Shown here one piece after another: positions 57,359-64,000 of a DNA stretch of 64,000 nt. The stretch lies in IMG/VR virus record IMGVR_UViG_3300012280_000034, positions 299 through 64,298 of that record, one strand, 5' to 3'. The DNA is from a virus (taxonomy: Duplodnaviria; Caudoviricetes). Positions within the stretch are counted from its first letter, which is position 1, and each line of letters begins with the position of its first letter. The notes below the pieces were generated by a model. The model did not search any database, had not been told where the DNA came from, and was given only the letters and a program-made list of their open reading frames with translations. Both the position numbers and the translations under genes were made by a program.

Positions 57359-57916
57359 TTAAAAATTGACTTTATCATTTGTATCTTTTCGGGTCGCATT
57401 TGCTCCTCCTTTTTTCGCTTTTTCTGCTATACCGTAATTCGCAGGCAATCCGTTATTTTTCCGAAAAAGGCATACTGTACTCTGCGATACTTTCAATTCT
57501 TGTGCAATTTTATAATCTCCATATCCAAGTTCATACAGTTTCTGTATTTCTATGTTTCTTGCTTTAATTTCCTTAAGCTTTTCATCTTCTTCTTGGCTGA
57601 GATTTTCTTCAAGATTATTTGCTATGCGCCAAAATCTTATCGTTCCCTTGGTAACATTTTGCTTGTCAGCTATCTGAGCATCCGTCATACCGAGGTTGTA
57701 CAGTTCTGCTCTTTGTATGTATCTTTCTTCTATTGAAAGTTTTGGAGATTCCAAGATTTTAACAACCAGTTTGTCCAGTTTATCGGGTTCCTTGTAGCGT
57801 TCAGGCAATTCAGGGTCAAGCTTCAGCCAGTCCCTAAGCTCATAATCTTCGACCTCGCCGTCTTTGGCTATGATATTGCGGTATTGACTTATCAGTGATA
57901 ATAGTAATGTGTTCAT
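57359..57916 (-). CDS. Protein with two HTH repeats
   Basis: LYNLGMTDAQIAD...WR..NNL and LYELGYGDYKIAQ...FRKNNGL. Confidence 0.75.
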   Translation of the reverse strand: MNTLLLSLISQYRNIIAKDGEVEDYELRDWLKLDPELPERYKEPDKLDKLVVKILESPKLSIEERYIQRAELYNLGMTDAQIADKQNVTKGTIRFWRIANNLEENLSQEEDEKLKEIKARNIEIQKLYELGYGDYKIAQELKVSQSTVCLFRKNNGLPANYGIAEKAKKGGANATRKDTNDKVNF

Positions 57917-58029
57917 ATCATAGGTTTTCCTCCTATATTCCTAATTTGATTACGGCTACGAGTAAAACGTTAAAGATGAACAGGAGAGCAATTAACACAA
58001 ATTCGGCTTTGTATTCATTGATTTTTCGT

Positions 58030-58455
58030 TTAATTTTGTTCATCTTCAGGCTTTCTCTTATATGCGAGCCATGTTTTGCCGTATTCTTCATATTCAAAGT
58101 GAAATCCAAGCCCGGGATAGCCACAACAAAACGCTTCACCTTCGGTATAATCTGAATGCGCTTGATAATATGCGGATTCGATATGTACACTCGAATACTT
58201 GCTTCGTTCCGGCAACACTTCAATCCATACCCACGGGCGGTTTTCCATGTCGTCATTGATTTTTTGTAGCTCCTCAATCGTCAACACCGGGTTTTCGTCT
58301 GCTGCTCGGGTGTTCCATGCGGCAATCGACTGATTGTCGAATTGATATTGAGGTGTTTTTACTCCACATTTTTTACACTCTACCCAACTACAAACACTCA
58401 AGTATTGCTTTGCTTCTCCCTCGCAAAACGGACAACTCTTAAGCTTTTCGTTCAT
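58030..58455 (-). CDS. Lar-like restriction-alleviation domain protein
   Basis: LKSCPFCEGEA...VECKKCG...AIAAWN.R-type pattern. Confidence 0.75.
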   Translation of the reverse strand: MNEKLKSCPFCEGEAKQYLSVCSWVECKKCGVKTPQYQFDNQSIAAWNTRAADENPVLTIEELQKINDDMENRPWVWIEVLPERSKYSSVHIESAYYQAHSDYTEGEAFCCGYPGLGFHFEYEEYGKTWLAYKRKPEDEQN

Positions 58456-58570
58456 TTCCTACCTCCTTATATCTCTTACAATGACGACTTCTTGCGCCAG
58501 AGCAATTACCTCCGTTTAGCATGTATCTCTTGCAATTAGTGCAATTTAGGTACTTTATAGTCATTATTTA

Positions 58571-58762
58571 TCACTCCTTTCCAACCCAATCATAAATATC
58601 CTGTGCCAACGCCTTATTTTCCGTGGCTGCTGCGTATGCCCGGAGCGCCGTCACTGCCGCAGGGTCTTTGTCAGGCTCAAGCACAAAGCAATTAAAAACA
58701 GGAGTCAAGTCACACCTATATACTCTATATTTGCTGTATAGACCTTTTTCATTGTCGCTCAC
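58571..58762 (-). CDS. Hypothetical protein
   Basis: ORF track; AAGGAGTGA SD. Confidence 0.65.
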   Translation of the reverse strand: MSDNEKGLYSKYRVYRCDLTPVFNCFVLEPDKDPAAVTALRAYAAATENKALAQDIYDWVGKE

Positions 58763-59195
58763 TGTTCACACACTCCCTTTCCTGTCGTCTCATCTCCGCA
58801 TTAGGAGAATAAGCACTAAACCCGTTATAACACTCTTTTGCTTTGCTGCATCCATAGAAGCTCTCATCTTTATATTCGCAAGTATTACAACATCTATACA
58901 GTTTCTCCTTTTCAATCTCCATCACGCTTTCACCTCAGTATCTTGCGGCATTTCGAATACGGGAAAGACAGCCAATTCATCAGGATAACATTTTGCTCGT
59001 TCATATATTTCATAGTGCTGTTGAATCTGATTTAGCACTTTTATTGCTTTTTTTTCAGAAGAATACACTCCTAAGGTTTGAGATTGCATCCCGGCAAAAT
59101 GTGCAGTTATGTTTTTTCTTCCGCTCGTTGTCAAGAGTTCTATTCGGTCTAAGTTAACCAATCCATTCTTATCTTGGGTTCTAATTAACATATCT

Positions 59196-59453
59196 CTACC
59201 TCTCCAACCACAGCTCACCGATACATTTGTTGCAAACACATGAACCGTTCTTTTCGGTGAGCTTGTCCAACTCTGCTTCACCGCAGAATGCACAAGCTCT
59301 TGTGTTTGAGTACTTTTTCAGGACGATGCTGTCATTGTCTGTGAAGATTTCGAGCGGGTCTCCCGGTTGTATTTGCATTGTCCTTCTTAGTTCCATAGGT
59401 AATACTAATCTTCCTAAAGAATCGATGTTTCTTACTATTCCTGTAGCTTTCAT
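59196..59453 (-). CDS. AbrB-like transition-state regulator
   Basis: MKATGIVRNIDSLGRLVLPMELRR...GDPLEIF...IVLKKY; C-terminal CAFC...CNKC. Confidence 0.92.
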   Translation of the reverse strand: MKATGIVRNIDSLGRLVLPMELRRTMQIQPGDPLEIFTDNDSIVLKKYSNTRACAFCGEAELDKLTEKNGSCVCNKCIGELWLER

Positions 59454-59467
59454 AAATTTATTCTCCT

Positions 59468-59821
59468 TTATACAACTTTAGTAATTCTGCCTTGATATTT
59501 AGCGGGAGTCATTTTTACTGTACCCCTTTTTTCTTCTTCTCGTTTCTTCACCCACTCAAGTAACTCGGTTTTCGTAAAAACATACCTTCGTCCCATTCTT
59601 GTATGAGGTATACCTAAATCATGTTTATTATTCTTAATATAGCTCTCAGTAAGGTGCACAAAACTTGCAGCTTGTTTTAAGTTCATTATTTCTGGAAAAC
59701 CATCGGATTGCTGTGGCAACAATCCCGCTTCTGCAATGGCTGTCGCTACGGCTTCTGCTACTATTGAAGGCATCACTTCCGTAACTGCCAATTTAATTAA
59801 TTCCTTTAATTGTTCTTCCAT
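59468..59821 (-). CDS. Excisionase-like HTH_17 protein
   Basis: IMNLKQAASFV...IPHTRMGRRYVFTKTELLEWV. Confidence 0.8.
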   Translation of the reverse strand: MEEQLKELIKLAVTEVMPSIVAEAVATAIAEAGLLPQQSDGFPEIMNLKQAASFVHLTESYIKNNKHDLGIPHTRMGRRYVFTKTELLEWVKKREEEKRGTVKMTPAKYQGRITKVV

Positions 59822-59830
59822 TTCATACTC

Positions 59831-60634
59831 CTAAACTGCAATTTTATCAGCAATTCCGTGTTTAATGGCCATCTCTTTAACAATAGCTACATATCCTTCG
59901 ATAAGTCTTTTATCTTCAGCAATCACGTCTATTTTGGTAAGTGCATCGCGCTTTGACTTGCTTGTGCCTTCCTCTGCCATACGGCGACGTTTATTGGTTA
60001 ATCTGATTTGCAGTCTTGCCGCCATGCGCTGGTCGAGAAGTTCATAGCTTTCATTTCTTAGCTGTCTGTAAGATTCGCTTGTCCCACCCAAAGAAACAGC
60101 TATCTTATTTAGGAGATTCTGTGTATCGGCTCTCCATGCTGTGCTGTCAAGAGCAACAACTTCTTTTATGCTATCGATACGGGCGTTTGTGTCGGCAACG
60201 GATTTTTCAATTTCCTGCTGTTTAATCTGAGTCAATGCAACGGTATCAAATATCTGCTTGAACATTTGGAGTTCAGGACTAAGTTTTGAGACATCAAGCT
60301 TGTACTTTTCCTCAACGCTTATTATGTACTTTCGGTACTCTTTACCTTTTTCGTTACGTTCCAGCATTGCCATTTCCTTGGCGGTAGGAAGTTTTACGAT
60401 GTATTCTTTTCTTACCGTACCGCCTGTGCTCGTTTCACAATTTTGTGAAATGAGGGTATAGTCTGAATTTTCAACCGCCCCAACTTCATCCAATCTTTGT
60501 TTCACCCAATCAGAGAATTGTCTCTTATTTTCTAAGCCTTCATGCAATTCTCTTGCATTTACAACTTTTTCTCCTTGGTCTGTTTCATATACCTTTATCA
60601 TACCTGTGCTTTCAAGAACTTTTAATTCTTTCAT
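59831..60634 (-). CDS. AntA/AntB family antirepressor
   Basis: VNARELHEGL...FSDWVKQRL...AKEMAMLER.EKGKEYRKY. Confidence 0.88.
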   Translation of the reverse strand: MKELKVLESTGMIKVYETDQGEKVVNARELHEGLENKRQFSDWVKQRLDEVGAVENSDYTLISQNCETSTGGTVRKEYIVKLPTAKEMAMLERNEKGKEYRKYIISVEEKYKLDVSKLSPELQMFKQIFDTVALTQIKQQEIEKSVADTNARIDSIKEVVALDSTAWRADTQNLLNKIAVSLGGTSESYRQLRNESYELLDQRMAARLQIRLTNKRRRMAEEGTSKSKRDALTKIDVIAEDKRLIEGYVAIVKEMAIKHGIADKIAV

Positions 60635-60642
60635 GATTCCTC

Positions 60643-60780
60643 CTATTCTTTTTGTAGACAATTAAGTTTTCGTTGCATGTACATTCCTATGTATGCGCTT
60701 TTTTCAATTGGCGTCATGTTTTTGAAATCTTTGAATTCCTTTTCGATTTCCTTAATTAAATCATCTATGTTGTCAAGCAT
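60643..60780 (-). CDS. 45-aa first lytic gene (cro position, no obvious HTH)
   Basis: GAAAGGAG SD; MLDNIDDLIKEIEKEFKDFK...; read manually. Confidence 0.65.
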   Translation of the reverse strand: MLDNIDDLIKEIEKEFKDFKNMTPIEKSAYIGMYMQRKLNCLQKE

Positions 60781-60807
60781 CTATTTATCTCCTTTCAATA
60801 AATTTTA

Positions 60808-60889
60808 TTGGCTATGCCAACATTATATATGGCTTTGCCAATATTGTCAATACTTTTATCTTGACTTTGCCAAGTATTTTTGATATTAT
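60808..60889. promoter_or_regulatory. Lysis/lysogeny switch: divergent promoters and three 13-bp operators
   Basis: Leftward TTGACA(60850-45)-17-TATAAT(60827-22); rightward TTGACT(60861-66)-17-TATTAT(60884-89); TTGGCTATGCCAA, ATGGCTTTGCCAA, TTGACTTTGCCAA. Confidence 0.85.
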
Positions 60890-60936
60890 TATTACAGATA
60901 TCAATTATGTTAAAAATATGCGGTAGGAGACCAATA

Positions 60937-61305
60937 ATGAATAATAGAATTTTTGAAATAAGAAAACATTTTAAATTAAGCCAAGAAAAGTTTGCCACTG
61001 CAATTGGAATGACCGGAGCAGGAATCTCTAAGATAGAAAGCGGAGATAGAGGCATAACTGAGCAGACTATAAAAAGTATATGCCGTGAATTTGATATTAG
61101 CGAAGAGTGGTTGAGGTCTGGCAAAGGCGAAATGTTTAATAGTTACGAAACAGAAGACAAATTCGGAAAAGCTATGGATTTGATATTTAAAGACACGGAT
61201 CCTTTTATAAGAAATATGATAATTGAAATGGCAAGTTTACCGCAGCAAGAAAAAGAAACCATGAAGAAAGCCATTGAAATAATAAAAAAAATAACATCTA
61301 AATAA
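60937..61305 (+). CDS. CI-like XRE repressor without S24 peptidase domain
   Basis: RIFEIRK...SQEKFA..IG...ISKIESG...SEEWLRSGKGEMF; 122 aa. Confidence 0.9.
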   Translation: MNNRIFEIRKHFKLSQEKFATAIGMTGAGISKIESGDRGITEQTIKSICREFDISEEWLRSGKGEMFNSYETEDKFGKAMDLIFKDTDPFIRNMIIEMASLPQQEKETMKKAIEIIKKITSK

Positions 61306-61329
61306 TGTTATTTTTTTTATGTAATCCTG

Positions 61330-61434
61330 CTATCCATTTAAGTGACTCTTTAAAAAAGAAATTAAAATTTTAATATAACGCCTGTCCTTTACTAAATATA
61401 ATAATTCGATAGCTTTCCTTAAATCTTCTTCCAT
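61330..61434 (-). CDS. 34-aa peptide MEEDLRKAIELLYLVKDRRYIKILISFLKSHLNG
   Basis: GGGAGG SD; directly downstream of the HTH gene. Confidence 0.55.
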   Translation of the reverse strand: MEEDLRKAIELLYLVKDRRYIKILISFLKSHLNG

Positions 61435-61454
61435 TCCGTCCTCCCGTTGTTTTT

Positions 61455-61664
61455 TTATGTTTCATCACTGCGATAATCAAACAAAATCTTTGCGTCAACT
61501 TCCAACGCTTCAGCTATCTTTACCAATGTATCAAGCGTTGGAAATTTATTGCCGTTTTCAATTTCATTGATTGTCGTTTTCCCCACCCCAGATAAATCCG
61601 CAAGATGTCTTAGGGAAATTCTCTTTTCTGTTCGTATTCTATATATATGTATGTATATTTTCAT
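61455..61664 (-). CDS. Small XRE HTH protein (69 aa)
   Basis: SLRHLADLSGVGKTTINEIENG..PTLDTL.KIAEAL. Confidence 0.88.
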   Translation of the reverse strand: MKIYIHIYRIRTEKRISLRHLADLSGVGKTTINEIENGNKFPTLDTLVKIAEALEVDAKILFDYRSDET

Positions 61665-61837
61665 ATGCTTATAATCCCGGTTGTCGTTACCATAAGCATA
61701 CGATAAAAAAGAAAAAGTTCCTATGTTAATTATAATACATATTTTCAAAAATGTGTCCCCTTTAGCGGACATTTTGCAAAAATGGTAAAAATTTTTTTAA
61801 AAGTTATTATTTATTAAATAATTTAGGTAGTATAAAT

Positions 61838-61866
61838 ATTATATACCGAACATTTGTTCGTGTAAA
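61838..61866 (-). promoter_or_regulatory. SOS-controlled leftward promoter with a perfect LexA box in its spacer
   Basis: TTTACA(61866-61)-17-TATAAT(61843-38); CGAACATTTGTTCG at 61847-61860. Confidence 0.85.
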
Positions 61867-61887
61867 GTTACAAAAATATAATAATTA

Positions 61888-61916
61888 TTGTACTTTAAAA
61901 AGAATCAATATATAAT
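61888..61916 (+). promoter_or_regulatory. Integrase promoter
   Basis: TTGTAC-17-TATAAT followed by AAAGGAGG SD. Confidence 0.7.
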
Positions 61917-61939
61917 GTTCTTAAAAGGAGGATAAAGAT

Positions 61940-63076
61940 ATGAGCATTGAATACCGTGGCGACGGGAAATTTAGATTTAGAGTACGTAAAGATGGGATTT
62001 ACTACACTCAGAACTATTTCTATGAAAAAAAATTGACCGACAAAGATGTTGAAGTTAAAAATTGGTCAAAAGAGATTAAGGATGCACATAAGACTTTTGA
62101 AGTTAATATTATGCAAGGCGACATTGGAACTGGTGAAAATATGAAATTTTCACACTTAGCACAATTAGTGCTTGATGAATATGTTCGACCAACCTTAAGA
62201 CCAGCATCAGTACTTCAGTATATTTCAATTACAAATAATCATTTGCTAATTTTTTTTGGAGAAATGAAGATTCAAAGTATTAAAACTATTCACGTACAGA
62301 AATTCGTAAACGAATTATTAGCAAAGGGTTTGAAATTAACGACGGTAAAGACGATTTATAAGGAATTCATCAAAATCATGAATAAAGCAGTTGAATGGGA
62401 CCTTATTAAAGAAGCGAAATATAATATAAAATTTCCTACACAATCAAAAAGTAACTATGCAGAGCTGCTATCAGACAAAGATATAGAAAAATTAATGAGA
62501 AGTATTGCAAACGAAGAAGATATAACATTGAAGACAATCTACTCAATTGCGCTATTTACAGGAATGAGACAAGCTGAAATCTTAGCATTGCAGATTACCG
62601 ATATTGATTTAAAAAATAATAAAATTAAAGTCGATAAGCAATACGGAAAAGTTTATAATGAAGAAAACAAGGTAGAACGCAATATAACAGATACTAAGAC
62701 AAGCAATTCTGTCAGGACAGTTTATGCCCCTACTTTTGTATGCGAAATAATAAAACAGTACATCTCAGCAATTAAGGTATTGCCGCAATCCGGGTTATTG
62801 TTCTTTAATATTAATACTCAAAAGCCTTATAGTAGAGAATGGATTACAACGAGGTTTAGAAGCATGTTGCTACTAAATAACATTCCAAAAATAAAATTTC
62901 ATGATATGAGGCATCTTTACGCCACTATAGCACTCCATAACGGCGTAAATATTGTTACGGTCGCTAAGACAATGGGTGATACAATTGATACTGTTATAAA
63001 GAATTATACACATGGGATTGATAATATACAGCAAAGCTCAGCTGCAAGCTTTGATAAGTATTCAAAAATTTTATAA
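61940..63076 (+). CDS. int: Tyrosine recombinase (integrase)
   Basis: TGMRQAEILAL, FHDMRHLYAT and NYTH motifs. Confidence 0.95.
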   Translation: MSIEYRGDGKFRFRVRKDGIYYTQNYFYEKKLTDKDVEVKNWSKEIKDAHKTFEVNIMQGDIGTGENMKFSHLAQLVLDEYVRPTLRPASVLQYISITNNHLLIFFGEMKIQSIKTIHVQKFVNELLAKGLKLTTVKTIYKEFIKIMNKAVEWDLIKEAKYNIKFPTQSKSNYAELLSDKDIEKLMRSIANEEDITLKTIYSIALFTGMRQAEILALQITDIDLKNNKIKVDKQYGKVYNEENKVERNITDTKTSNSVRTVYAPTFVCEIIKQYISAIKVLPQSGLLFFNINTQKPYSREWITTRFRSMLLLNNIPKIKFHDMRHLYATIALHNGVNIVTVAKTMGDTIDTVIKNYTHGIDNIQQSSAASFDKYSKIL

Positions 63077-63103
63077 TTTGCCCCACATTTGCCCAGACTT
63101 ATA

Positions 63104-64000
63104 TTATACAGCTGATTTATAAGCATTTTTTACACCTATACCGTTCTCCCTGGCATAATAAAATAAATATTGCTGTGCATAGCCTGACAGCTTCCCAAAT
63201 TTATTTTCAGCGAATTTTCTTATATCAGCATCTTTTGTATCCTTGTCCACATACAGTGTCTGCATAACCCTTCTCACCCATACATCAACGGGGAATGTGT
63301 CAAATTGCTTCATTGAAAACAGAAGTATGCAGTTGGCAACCTTGTCCCCTATTCCGGCGTAGGTTTTCAGATATGTCAGTCCTTCGTCATAGCTTGTCTT
63401 CTTTATATTGTAAACAATATCTCGTTCAGTCAGAAATCTTGAAGCTGCATCTCTTATCCTCGGAGAGCGGAAGCCTGCCTTGCATTCCTGAATTTTCTCA
63501 ACAGGTGTCTCCGAAAGCTGCTGAGGGGTCGGAAAGCTGTAATATTCCCTTCCTCTGTAGCTGCAGATATGGTCACCGAATGATTTGCTTAAATTCTCTA
63601 TTACCTTCTTTATCATAGGAATTCTGTTGTTGGCAGAAATCATGAATGAAATCATTGTTTCCCATTCATCCTGATTTAAAATTCTGATTCCTTCACCGAA
63701 TTTTATGGCTTCTGCCATAATGTCATCCGTATTGACAGCTTTTTTTATTTCAGAATAATCTGTATTGAAATCAAAATAGTCCATTATTATTTTTTCGTAA
63801 TCGTCTATTCCTATATTGTTGAATGTAACATCCGTACCTTCCTGCACAACATTTATGACATTCCTGCCGACCACTCCTGTATATGAACCATCTTCCTCCT
63901 TATTCCACCGGAAACACTGACCGCAGTCAAAAATATGCGTCAAATTGAAGTCTTTCACATCATGAAGTATTATTTGATTTTTTCTTTCCGTAATATTCAT
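63104..64000 (-). CDS. ogg: Host 8-oxoguanine DNA glycosylase (OGG1-like) with a prophage-supplied C-terminal tail
   Basis: FDCGQCFRW, HhH GIGDKVANCILLF, FPVDVW, GYAQQYLF. Confidence 0.93.
   Translation of the reverse strand: MNITERKNQIILHDVKDFNLTHIFDCGQCFRWNKEEDGSYTGVVGRNVINVVQEGTDVTFNNIGIDDYEKIIMDYFDFNTDYSEIKKAVNTDDIMAEAIKFGEGIRILNQDEWETMISFMISANNRIPMIKKVIENLSKSFGDHICSYRGREYYSFPTPQQLSETPVEKIQECKAGFRSPRIRDAASRFLTERDIVYNIKKTSYDEGLTYLKTYAGIGDKVANCILLFSMKQFDTFPVDVWVRRVMQTLYVDKDTKDADIRKFAENKFGKLSGYAQQYLFYYARENGIGVKNAYKSAV
63135..63159. repeat. att core, right copy
   Basis: CCTATACCGTTCTCCCTGGCATAAT; 19-bp perfect match to 281-299. Confidence 0.93.

Larger units (their letters stand above)
275..63159. 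mobile_element. Complete temperate prophage (siphovirus-like, ~62.9 kb)
   Basis: Direct repeat at both ends; tyrosine integrase at right end; full head, tail, lysis, replication and lysogeny modules in between. Confidence 0.95.

Noticed and set aside
1-64000. CRISPR array or IS element
   Set aside because: No regularly spaced repeat-spacer array and no transposase ORF were seen.

Overview
Almost the whole window (275-63159) is one apparently complete ~62.9 kb temperate siphovirus-like prophage in a low-GC Firmicute (Clostridia-like by gene content; inference). It is integrated into the 3' end of a host 8-oxoguanine DNA glycosylase gene (63104-64000, - strand). The 25-bp att core is at 275-299 and 63135-63159, and a host tRNA-Pro(CGG) lies just outside attL. 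Layout: SOS mutagenesis cassette (SRAP + Y-family polymerase); a repressor-controlled cluster of tiny genes; a probable packaging/late-promoter region; a rightward late arm (terminase, glycosyltransferase, head, tail, lysis, tail tip, morons) to 37056; a convergent leftward early arm (recombination, replication, many small genes); a lambda-like cI switch; a LexA-boxed HTH; and a tyrosine integrase. The most striking unexplained feature is a ~790-nt ORF-free, helix-rich stretch just upstream of the putative small terminase (7756-8541). It holds a candidate large structured ncRNA followed directly by a tRNA-like RNA whose anticodon arm is replaced by a multi-hairpin domain. Other candidates: an orphan ~93-nt sRNA, an anti-SD-loop hairpin ahead of two small hydrophobic ORFs, a glycosyltransferase inside the head module, two identical G-GGA-TAA putative -1 frameshift sites, an ACG-start FtsK-gamma-like ORF and a chimeric methyltransferase. 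All protein calls come from motif recognition by eye; no database search was run.
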